From a phage, in the sequence record NC_042307.1: a stretch of DNA of 64,000 bases; one strand, written 5' to 3'. The notes below the pieces were generated by a model. That model saw only the letters and a program-made list of their open reading frames with translations. It had not been told where the DNA came from and did not search any database. This document shows positions 1 through 8,670 of this stretch, one piece after another. How positions within the stretch are numbered: position 1 is the stretch's first letter; every line of letters begins with the position of its first letter. A program made the translations under genes and the position numbers.

Positions 1-466
1 GTCGCAAGGTATTTGCTTTTAATACGGCGTTCTCTAAATCTAGATATTCGAATATTCCACCATAAATATTCTTACCCTCACTATTTATTATCTGTACTTG
101 CCACTTTTGTAGCTGCTTATTCCAATGTACTCCTAAGTACCCTGATTTGCTAGAGGCAGTGCAGTTTCTATTATTAATTTGACTAGTAGATTCTCTTAAA
201 TTTTTCCATCTATTATCTGACCGTATACGATTTATATGATCTACTAAGTCAGGAATACTTCCTGTCATATACAGAAATGCCAGTCTATGGGCTAGATAAT
301 CTACCTTATCTATTTTTATAGTTATATAACCATCTTTTCTTAAATAGCCAGCAACTGCTCCGGCTTTACCTCCCCTACCTCTACTTATTTTATTAGTAAA
401 TATTCCAGTATCGGGATCATAATTTAGAAGTTCTTTTAATCTCTCTAGTGTCGGTTGTTTACTCAT
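1..466 (-). CDS. HNH homing endonuclease (MITQ/HNH_3-type), partial: C-terminus lies beyond window start
   Basis: ATG at 466..464; frame checked codon by codon and open to position 2; N-terminus MSKQPTLERLKELLNYDPDTGIF..GYIIIGID..AHRLAFLYM matches the other HNH copies in the window. Confidence 0.7.
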   Translation of the reverse strand, partial: MSKQPTLERLKELLNYDPDTGIFTNKISRGRGGKAGAVAGYLRKDGYITIKIDKVDYLAHRLAFLYMTGSIPDLVDHINRIRSDNRWKNLRESTSQINNRNCTASSKSGYLGVHWNKQLQKWQVQIINSEGKNIYGGIFEYLDLENAVLKANTLR

Positions 467-842
467 CCAACCACCCTAAATCCATACTAAGAAGCGCTTT
501 TAATCCAGTTATTCCACTTCCATAAGTATCATAACGAATAGCTGTTCTACTTTTCACTTCTAGAATATCTTCATGTTCTGTGTTTTCTAGGATTTCGGTA
601 GAAATCCCCAAGTACCCTACTTGGTCCTCCTCATCCCACCCCATATCCTCTAGAAGATTTAGAGATAGTTCTACTCTTTCATCTCCATTACCTACGGAGT
701 AGTATTCCTCTAGTTTTTTAAACTTTAAAACTAGAGAATCTAGAATTAGTAGGATTTGTTCCTTAGTAATAGTTTCTTTATCACCCTGCAAGTAATTGGA
801 GTAATTCAGAAGGGCTTGTTCTAATTCAATTTCTTTACTCAT
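459..842 (-). CDS. hypothetical acidic protein (127 aa)
   Basis: ORF track; ATG at 842 preceded by AAGGA; own promoter upstream. Confidence 0.5.
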   Translation of the reverse strand: MSKEIELEQALLNYSNYLQGDKETITKEQILLILDSLVLKFKKLEEYYSVGNGDERVELSLNLLEDMGWDEEDQVGYLGISTEILENTEHEDILEVKSRTAIRYDTYGSGITGLKALLSMDLGWLDE

Positions 843-871
843 TTTATTATCCTTTTGTACTTATTGAGTAT

Positions 872-901
872 ATTATATTTAAAATTATACCTAATAAGCA
901 A
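872..901 (-). promoter_or_regulatory. sigma70-like promoter on minus strand (TTGCTT -35 at 896-901, 18-nt spacer, TATAAT -10 at 872-877)
   Basis: read from reverse complement of 843-901. Confidence 0.4.
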
Positions 902-917
902 GTACAATTTCAAATAT

Positions 918-939
918 AATAGCCCCCGAAAGGGCTATT
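918..939 (-). terminator. hairpin (8-bp stem AATAGCCC/GGGCTATT) downstream of thyA, followed on minus strand by a modest U-rich run
   Basis: inverted repeat seen in sequence. Confidence 0.35.
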
Positions 940-943
940 TAAG

Positions 944-1783
944 TTAAGAGGACATTTTAGCTTTAAGAGCTGGATGAGGATCGTACCCCTCTAAATGGAA
1001 TGACCAAGCTGCTGTATTATTTTCTAATAAATCGTAAAGATCTATAAACTCTGGCATTACTAGAGTTGGCAGAGGGCGTGGCTTGCGTTTTACCTGTTCT
1101 TCTACCTGTTCCATGTGGTCATTATAGATATGAGTATCACCGCCACTAAAGATAAGGTAACGAGGTTTTAATCCTGTCAGTTTTGCTAATATATGCGTTA
1201 ATAAAGCATAACTAGCAATATTGAAAGGTAAACCGAGGAAACAATCCACAGAGCGTTGTGCCCATTTAAGATCTAGGTATCCATCGTTACTTACATAGCA
1301 CTGGAAGCCGTAGTGACAAGGTGGTAATGCCATTTTATCAAGTTCAGCTACGTTCCACGCAGAAACTAGATGTCTGCGGCCATGAGGATTATTCTTGAGT
1401 CCTTCAATAAGCTCTAGAATCTGATCTCGCCCACCAAAGTTACGCCACTGTTTACCATATACTGGTCCTAGATTACCCTTATCATACCCCATACTTATAG
1501 CTTGGTCTTCATAATTTGGAGTCCAGATGGTCCACTGTCCTTCGTCACGCCCAAATGTGAATACACGTAGATCATGAAGATTTGTGGAACCAGACAAGAA
1601 CCATAATAGTTCTCCTACTACGGATTTCCAAGCTAGACGTTTGGTAGTGACGGCAGGAAACCCATCACGTAGGTCGAACTTAGCATAGGAATCAAAAATT
1701 GAAACTGTGCCTGTTCCTGTACGGTCATTACGGGGTTCACCCAGTAAAATTACATCTGTCAAAATTTTTAAGTATTGTTGCAT
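944..1783 (-). CDS. thyA: thymidylate synthase
   Basis: 279 aa; ThyA motifs LPPCH, DCFLGLPFNIASYALL, GDTHIY. Confidence 0.9.
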   Translation of the reverse strand: MQQYLKILTDVILLGEPRNDRTGTGTVSIFDSYAKFDLRDGFPAVTTKRLAWKSVVGELLWFLSGSTNLHDLRVFTFGRDEGQWTIWTPNYEDQAISMGYDKGNLGPVYGKQWRNFGGRDQILELIEGLKNNPHGRRHLVSAWNVAELDKMALPPCHYGFQCYVSNDGYLDLKWAQRSVDCFLGLPFNIASYALLTHILAKLTGLKPRYLIFSGGDTHIYNDHMEQVEEQVKRKPRPLPTLVMPEFIDLYDLLENNTAAWSFHLEGYDPHPALKAKMSS

Positions 1784-2316
1784 TAATAAGTAACCAATTC
1801 CTGTACAAATCGCAGGCTGTTATCACTGTTTGCGCCAACTGCATAGACTAATCGAGTGGATTCATAGTTATAATCCAGTATCATACTATCTAGGTGTATA
1901 TCTGCCTCTAGCTTCTGTTCACTAAAGATTGTAGATACAAAAGCACTTTCAATATGCCCATGTTGATACATTTCTAGAAGAAGATTAGCTCCACCTAGAA
2001 CTACTGTTTGCTGATCTTTTAGAAAAGTAGGTAATGTATCACCTATCATTGATATGGGAGTGTAAATATCATGTGTAATATCGTCTGGCAGTGGACGATC
2101 AGCACGAATAAATAGGTCAGAAGCTCCAATCATACGTTCCCTAACGGCATATGGAAGAGCTAAATAAGTACCTGCCCCAATAATAATATTATCAGGATTT
2201 AGTACATCTAATTGTGAATAAAAAGCATCTAGTTCTTCTTTAAAAGAACCCCAGGGGAGCTTACCTCGGAGGCCGAACTCCCCATTCGGCCCAACTGCAT
2301 ACATTGCTGTAATCAT
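1783..2316 (-). CDS. dihydrofolate reductase
   Basis: 177 aa; position between thyA and nrdB; start/stop overlaps (ATGA) with both neighbours. Confidence 0.75.
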   Translation of the reverse strand: MITAMYAVGPNGEFGLRGKLPWGSFKEELDAFYSQLDVLNPDNIIIGAGTYLALPYAVRERMIGASDLFIRADRPLPDDITHDIYTPISMIGDTLPTFLKDQQTVVLGGANLLLEMYQHGHIESAFVSTIFSEQKLEADIHLDSMILDYNYESTRLVYAVGANSDNSLRFVQELVTY

Positions 2317-3459
2317 AGGAAGTCTCCAAATTCATTACCCAAATCTTTCAAGGTATCAGTAGAGGTCTCAGTTACCTGACCTACACGGTAGGCTGCACCA
2401 ATCTGGATTTCTTGTGGGGCAGGCTGTAGAGAAGTAGTATCCAACCAGTTCATGATCCACGGAATAGGGTTTTTAGTGATTACTGGTAAGTGACTAGGCC
2501 ATTCTACACCAATGTGCATAAATGCGTTACGCCCCACAAAGTACAAGTATTCTTCTAGAAGTTCTGCATTCAAACCAATCAGACTACGACCTTTGAAGAT
2601 GAAATGACCCCATTCAATTTCAGTTTTAAGAGTTTTCAGGAGTTGTGCTGGTGCTTTAGCCACTGCTTCATCTACCAGATCTTTGTCAAACTGCTGGAAC
2701 ATAATCTGGATGATTGTTTTAGACATCTGAGTATGTAGGGCTTCATCTTTAGCAATCAATTGCAGATTTTTAGCAATACCTTGCAGAATATCGTTCTCTG
2801 CTAACGCAAAGGTACATGCAAAGGATGCGTAGAACTGCATTGCTTCCAGACCGTAGATTGCAAAATAAGCATCTAACAGTTTAGCCTGAGTTTCACGCTT
2901 AACCTCAGGGAACTCAGTTTCTGGATATGTATTGTCACCACGATGATCACGTACTGCGATGAAATACTGACCTAACTGGTACAGTTCATCGAACAGCTCA
3001 ACAGAATCAGCGATACGTGCGAATGCTTCTTGGTTTTTGGTTACAGAATCAATAAATTCTGCCGGATCAGTCAGCACATTACGAATAATATTACTATAAG
3101 CACGACTATGCAGGTCTTCAAAGTAGCTCCACTGCTTGAGCATACCTTCTAGTTCTGGACGACTTACAAGCGGCATAATAGCTGCTTCAGGCGCTCGACT
3201 GATAAAGGAATCAGTTTGGGTCTGCCATGCTAAGTTCAGGAGTGTGATTTCCTGAATTTCACGTGGGAGATTGGGCCATTGTTTCTTATCTGCTTCCAGA
3301 CTGATTTCAGTTTCAGTCCAAAATTGAGAGCGTTGCAGAAGTGCCAGACGTTCTAGTTCTGGATGTGCTACACGTACATAATCTGCGATACCTAGAGAAT
3401 CGCCCCAGGAAAAGATCAGCGTTAGTATGATCCCAATTCAGGTTTAGTAAAGTAGTCAT
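2313..3459 (-). CDS. nrdB: ribonucleotide reductase small subunit NrdB; reading frame interrupted near the 5' end (see findings)
   Basis: frame 0 is open 3437..2313 and aligns with class Ia NrdB (FSWGDSLGIADY.., SQFW.., RAPEAAIMPLVSRPELE.., HSRAYSNIIRN); only plausible ATG (3459..3457) is in another frame. Confidence 0.85.
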
Positions 3460-3594
3460 TGATTTTCCTCTTTCTCACTATTTCAGGAATATTATAGCAA
3501 ATCAGGTAGCGATTAGCAGGTAAAATTATAAACTATCAAGCTCCAATAGTTTCATATCGCGCCACTCTATAGCATCCTCAAGTTCTTGGAATGT

Positions 3595-4017
3595 TTAAGT
3601 ATATTTTACACCTTTACGGGCTATCTGTACCTGGTAAGATCCGCTAGCTTTTGGATGAATATTTTTAATACCTAACTTATTATCTTTATGCGCCCCGACA
3701 TTCTTTCCGTTACTGAATCTATCAGAAGCTACTAGGTTAATAGCTCTATTATCATGTCGTATTCTATTGTCGTGGTCTACTTCAGGTGGCAGATACCCAT
3801 GAATTTTAGCAAAGATTACCCTATGTGCTAAGTAGGGGTATCCTTTAATATTTAATACTATATATCCTGTAGATTTATCTAAGGAGCCTGCTGGTTTTCC
3901 GGCATATTTGGTATTAAATGTTTTATTATCTCTAGGTCTATGAGTTAATATTCCAGTATATGGATCATAATCAAATAATTTAGCTACCTCTAGATGATCT
4001 TCTAATGTTTTTGACAT
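3595..4017 (-). CDS. HNH homing endonuclease inserted between nrdA and nrdB
   Basis: MSKTLEDHLEVAKLFDYDPYTGIL..GYPYLAHRVIFAKIHGYLPPEVDHDNRIRHDNR; start taken as internal ATG 4017. Confidence 0.7.
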   Translation of the reverse strand: MSKTLEDHLEVAKLFDYDPYTGILTHRPRDNKTFNTKYAGKPAGSLDKSTGYIVLNIKGYPYLAHRVIFAKIHGYLPPEVDHDNRIRHDNRAINLVASDRFSNGKNVGAHKDNKLGIKNIHPKASGSYQVQIARKGVKYT

Positions 4018-4082
4018 AATTATAATTTCCAACCAATTAGTATAAAAAATAAGAGGGTTATAATTAACCCTCTTTACTAGTT

Positions 4083-6410
4083 TTATAAGGTACAGCCACC
4101 TGAAGAACATCCTGTAGTTTCTCCAGCTCCTCCACCATTCGCAGTGTTAAAGTTAGCATAATACCAGGTTTTTATACCATACTTAACCGCAGTCATAAAG
4201 TCACGAACTACTACTGGGCCAGGGATGATTTCATTCTCGAATTTAGAGTAATCATAATACATCTGGAAACTTGATGACTGACTCAAGAATTTTTGGTAAA
4301 CGGCGTTCCATTTGATCCACTCAGTGCGATCAATATCATAAGCTAGTTTATAGCTCATTAACGTTTCCCAGTCGGTTGCACCTGGAGCAATTGCAATTAC
4401 TTTATTTACTGCACTACCTTTGATAGATACAATCTTACGAGGTGGTTCGATAGAGTTAGTAACACCTAACAGAACAGAAGAACTTTCTCCCGGCATCTGA
4501 GCAGTCAGAACAGAGTTACGCATACCATATTTCAGAATATCTGCACGCAGAGACTCCCAATCCATTTCTAGACCTACGGATACCAGTTCATCAACAGTTT
4601 TCTTGTACGTGTCGATTACCAGAGTTCCTTTAGATGGTTTAGTACGATCGAACCATTCACATGCACCTTGCTCTTTGGCTAGACGTACAGAGGCTTTATG
4701 CAGGAAGTAGGACAATTTTTCAGCTTCACGATGAATCCAGTTACGAGCCTCAATACCTTCATAAGCCAGACCTTCTGCTGCCATTGCACCTGCTGCGTTC
4801 ATCAGACCAATACCAACGTTACGACGTTTCTTAGCCGTATATTCCATAGTTGGGAACGGGTAATCCTGAATTTCAATGATGGTATCAACAAATTTCAGAA
4901 GAATATAGCAAGTCTTTTCCCACTCAGCCAGAGATTCCATGCGTCCTAATACAACACCACCTAAGTTACACAGAGATACTTCCCCAATATCCTCCGGCTT
5001 CATTTGATCGAGTTGTTCTTTTGTTTTATACAGTTCCGTGATATGATGGAACGGGCGTGTAGGCTGAGTAATTTCAACACAAAGGTTGGTCATACGAATC
5101 GGGTCAAGGAAGTTACCATGACGGTTAGATTCACCAATGTGATGAGCATACATACGCCCTGTTTCCATACGGATACGTAACCAAGTATCTAGGATTTCTT
5201 TTGCAGAGATTCTAGGAGCTGCTGGAATTGTTTTTCCTTCGTGGTCGGTCTTTGTAAGAGATGCCACACGTTTCTCCGCTGCCACGTAGATTTCTTCAAA
5301 CTTAGCCTCATCTTCACCATAAAACGCTTCATGAACTTCTGGTGCGTAGAAGTAGGACATTAGCGTAATATCTTCGTTTTTCAGGTAACGTTTTAACAGA
5401 AGGTTGTTAAAGCTCAGAGAATAATCCATCTTATCGATTTTATTCTCGTCTGTAGCACGTTGCTGCTTAACCTGCATCAACTGAATGATTTCAGGATCGA
5501 AGTATGGATAAGACACAGTAGCAGAACCGCCACGGGTTTGCTGAGTGTTAGCTTTTACTGAACGGTCAATGTGTCGATAATATGGCAGTTTTCCGGAATG
5601 CGGGAATGCCCCATTTCGCACCGGATCAGCAATTGATCGGCTTTCAAGATGATACCCGATTCCCGCTCTGGCTGCGACCATTTTGAAGACGATGTGCTCG
5701 GCTGTGTCGATTGAATCCAACGTGTCAGTGGAATCCACGAGGCAGCAACTAGCAAATCCACGGTCACTAGAACGCAAACCAACCAGTGGCGGCGTAGGAA
5801 CGTTGATTTTGTGGAGCGACATTGCATTGTAGAGATCGATTGCATCTAGAATTGTCCAGTTGGGTTGAGATAACATCGCCATTGCCATGCCCATATAGGC
5901 AAATTGCGGGGTTTCGTAAATTTCACCAGTGGCTATATTACGACGGGAATATTTATCAAAGAACTGTTTCAGTCCACCACTAGTAAAAAGACGGTCACGA
6001 TCGTGGTCTATAACCTGATTCAGAGCTTCAAATTGCTCATCGGTAATCCATGCACTCATGTCTTCCCATGCACCTACACTAACCATATGATCGTGGAAGA
6101 AGCGTAGAGAAGGTGGTTCGAAGGAATCATAAAGGCGTTTACGCATCTGCGCAAGACGTAATTCCTTTGCTGGCACGTCGTATGCTGGATTATCTTTAAT
6201 AAGACTTTCGGCAGCTTTAATTAACGCATCCATCAGAGTATCGGAATCTACAACCCCTTTAGGCAGAGTTTTTTGAGCAGCCATAGTAATGGCAGACCAA
6301 CTTACATCAACTGTTTTGCAACCATACTCTGCCCAACCATTGAGTTTTTCAGGAGCAAAGTCTTCTACAGTACCGTCACGTTTAATTACTTTTTCAATGC
6401 GATGGCTCAT
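4083..6410 (-). CDS. nrdA: ribonucleotide reductase large subunit NrdA
   Basis: ATP-cone start MSHRIEKVIKRDG aligns with E. coli NrdA; AAGGA upstream of ATG 6410; an in-frame upstream ATG at 6515 with AGGAGG is an alternative start. Confidence 0.9.
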   Translation of the reverse strand: MSHRIEKVIKRDGTVEDFAPEKLNGWAEYGCKTVDVSWSAITMAAQKTLPKGVVDSDTLMDALIKAAESLIKDNPAYDVPAKELRLAQMRKRLYDSFEPPSLRFFHDHMVSVGAWEDMSAWITDEQFEALNQVIDHDRDRLFTSGGLKQFFDKYSRRNIATGEIYETPQFAYMGMAMAMLSQPNWTILDAIDLYNAMSLHKINVPTPPLVGLRSSDRGFASCCLVDSTDTLDSIDTAEHIVFKMVAARAGIGYHLESRSIADPVRNGAFPHSGKLPYYRHIDRSVKANTQQTRGGSATVSYPYFDPEIIQLMQVKQQRATDENKIDKMDYSLSFNNLLLKRYLKNEDITLMSYFYAPEVHEAFYGEDEAKFEEIYVAAEKRVASLTKTDHEGKTIPAAPRISAKEILDTWLRIRMETGRMYAHHIGESNRHGNFLDPIRMTNLCVEITQPTRPFHHITELYKTKEQLDQMKPEDIGEVSLCNLGGVVLGRMESLAEWEKTCYILLKFVDTIIEIQDYPFPTMEYTAKKRRNVGIGLMNAAGAMAAEGLAYEGIEARNWIHREAEKLSYFLHKASVRLAKEQGACEWFDRTKPSKGTLVIDTYKKTVDELVSVGLEMDWESLRADILKYGMRNSVLTAQMPGESSSVLLGVTNSIEPPRKIVSIKGSAVNKVIAIAPGATDWETLMSYKLAYDIDRTEWIKWNAVYQKFLSQSSSFQMYYDYSKFENEIIPGPVVVRDFMTAVKYGIKTWYYANFNTANGGGAGETTGCSSGGCTL

Positions 6411-6554
6411 TTGGTTTTCCTTTTTATAGTTATCAGGATTTAGGAAATAGTTTACTTTATTCTCAGTCATTTGGCAAATAAAATTTTCTGATAGAAAAGG
6501 CCCGAGTATTTTCATACCCAGGCCTCCTGTGTTGTCAGTCTAGTTTTTGGCCAC

Positions 6555-6752
6555 TTAAGTTCTCAGCAGAATATCTATTGAGGTACTTAGTTCATTATAA
6601 TTGAAGGGCCGATTTGGATTTGAGGTTACAATTGTCCACGCTAGGGTAGTCTTAGGACTTTCTTCCCCTTCCTTACGTGTAATCATATTAGCAGCACTCA
6701 GTGAAGTACGATGTATTTTAGTTTGTCGGTGTAAATGTACAACGTCTCCCAT
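6555..6752 (-). CDS. hypothetical small protein (65 aa) immediately downstream of phoH
   Basis: ATG 6752 with GGAAGGTG 5 nt upstream; no recognisable motif. Confidence 0.35.
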   Translation of the reverse strand: MGDVVHLHRQTKIHRTSLSAANMITRKEGEESPKTTLAWTIVTSNPNRPFNYNELSTSIDILLRT

Positions 6753-6753
6753 A

Positions 6754-7506
6754 TTACACCTTCCCCATGTCTTTAAAAATATCGTAGAATGCTTTAGACT
6801 CAGCAGAACGAACGTTATCAATCAATTCGATCATTGAGAATGGAGCATTTTCATATTTCTCATAAACTTCCATAAGAAGTGCTAGACCTGAGTCACCTTT
6901 AATGTCTTTCTGAGCTATATCTCCGCAGATAATTAAACGGCAGTCTTGTCCTACACGAGTTAGGAGACAAACCATTGCCTCAACGGAAATATTCTGAGCT
7001 TCATCGACAATTACATAGGAGTTGTTGAAAGTTCTGCCACGAGCATGTTCTATAGCCAAAAATTTAATTTTCTGACGTTCGACATATCCCTTATAGGCAT
7101 GATCACCGATGGCCCATTTCATACCATCAGCTATTGGCTCCAACCAAGGCTCTAGCTTTTCTGCTAGATCACCAGGAAGCATACCAAGAGACTTACCTAG
7201 AGGTTCATTAGGACGTACGAGGATCACTTGCTCAATATCTGAGTGAATGTCTACGAGTTCCTGAGCTGCAAGAACAGACGGGATAAAGGTTTTACCTGTA
7301 CCTGGCTCACCGATACCCACAGTCACTGTGTTGTTCTTGATCATATTAATATATGATTTTTGCTCTCGGTTTTTACCTACTAGGGATTTAGCAACTGGGT
7401 TAGCGTAATCATTAGAAAAATCAGCCTGAATTACGTTATTCTCATATTTGTTGCCACGCTTTCTTGAACCATTGCGGTTCTCTCTTTTTTGACGTGCTTT
7501 TCCCAT
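6754..7506 (-). CDS. phoH: PhoH-like ATPase
   Basis: Walker A GIGEPGTGKTF, Walker B VIVDEAQN; start taken at ATG 7506 with AGGAG upstream (track start 7515 is GTG). Confidence 0.8.
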   Translation of the reverse strand: MGKARQKRENRNGSRKRGNKYENNVIQADFSNDYANPVAKSLVGKNREQKSYINMIKNNTVTVGIGEPGTGKTFIPSVLAAQELVDIHSDIEQVILVRPNEPLGKSLGMLPGDLAEKLEPWLEPIADGMKWAIGDHAYKGYVERQKIKFLAIEHARGRTFNNSYVIVDEAQNISVEAMVCLLTRVGQDCRLIICGDIAQKDIKGDSGLALLMEVYEKYENAPFSMIELIDNVRSAESKAFYDIFKDMGKV

Positions 7507-7748
7507 AAATAACACTCCTATAGTGTACTTCGCTTCTAACAGAGGATCAACAAAGAGATCTTGTTTATCAACTTACAAATATATTATAACAAGGTTTACA
7601 GCAAAAAGCAAGTATAATTTTAAATAAACCTATGATATTGCTTTTAAATAAAAAATTTACTTGCTTATAAAGGTAGAAATATGATACTAGATAATCATTT
7701 ATTTATATGCGAAATATTACAGTATTAGATGGCGAAAGAAAATTTTAA

Positions 7749-7777
7749 TTGACATAGTGGATAATGTTTAGTATAAT
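7749..7777 (+). promoter_or_regulatory. consensus sigma70 promoter TTGACA-17-TATAAT
   Basis: exact consensus hexamers at 7749-7754 and 7772-7777. Confidence 0.7.
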
Positions 7778-7800
7778 AGGTGTAAAAATTCTGTGGAGAA

Positions 7801-8670
7801 GTGGAATGCCCGAAAAAATTAACTCAAGAAGAAGTAGATAAATGCCTAGCCGAGCGTGGTTTTACTATGGTGGATAAGCCATATCAAAATTCTAGGTATA
7901 GGCATACGTATCAGTGTGAATACGGTCACCAATGGACAGCTAAATTTGACGCTATTAGGAATGGAAAGACCAATTGTCCTACTTGCTCTATTAGTAGCCG
8001 TAAACTAGATATTGATAAAATTAATACTATATTACAGGACAGAGGTATTACATTGTTGAACGGCTATAAAAATAGTGCCGATATAAATACTAAATTTAGG
8101 TGTGTTTGTGGTCATGAGTGGGCTACTACACTTAATAGTATAATTAATAGAGGTAGTGGCTGCCCATCTTGTGCTGCTAATAAACAGAAACTTAGTGTTA
8201 ATACTATAAATGATCGTCTTGCTGCCAGAAATATCAGAATAGTGGGTGAGTATAGTAATGCGAATACTAAGACCGCCTTTCTTTGTGGTGCAGGGCATAG
8301 GTGGGAAGCTACTCCAGGGTCTGTATTAAGGGGGAACGGTTGTCCTTACTGTAGTTATAGAGATTTAGAAAGTACTAGGATATATGTTATGTATAGCCCC
8401 TCACATGGGGTTAAAATAGGTAGGTCTAACAATCCAGAGCGTAGACTTCTACATATTAGATCTAGTAGCCACCTTATTGATTTGGAAATAATTAAAGTAT
8501 TTGAAATTGGGGAATATAGTAGTGCAGTTCGAATAGAAAAATTAGCCCATAACTACTTTAAAGAGCAGAATTGCCAGTACAAAGATTTTGACGGCGCTAC
8601 GGAATTCTTCAATATTGAACCAAAAGTAGCTATAAAGTTTATCGAGGAAATAATCAATGACAGAGAATGA
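7801..8670 (+). CDS. putative homing endonuclease: three tandem zinc-ribbon repeats plus C-terminal GIY-YIG-like/T5orf172-like domain
   Basis: repeats ..GEYSNANTKTAFLCGAGHRWEATPGSVLRGNGCPYCS; C-terminal IYVMYSPSHGVKIGRSNNPERRL; GTG start; paralogous to 60056..60730. Confidence 0.5.
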   Translation: MECPKKLTQEEVDKCLAERGFTMVDKPYQNSRYRHTYQCEYGHQWTAKFDAIRNGKTNCPTCSISSRKLDIDKINTILQDRGITLLNGYKNSADINTKFRCVCGHEWATTLNSIINRGSGCPSCAANKQKLSVNTINDRLAARNIRIVGEYSNANTKTAFLCGAGHRWEATPGSVLRGNGCPYCSYRDLESTRIYVMYSPSHGVKIGRSNNPERRLLHIRSSSHLIDLEIIKVFEIGEYSSAVRIEKLAHNYFKEQNCQYKDFDGATEFFNIEPKVAIKFIEEIINDRE

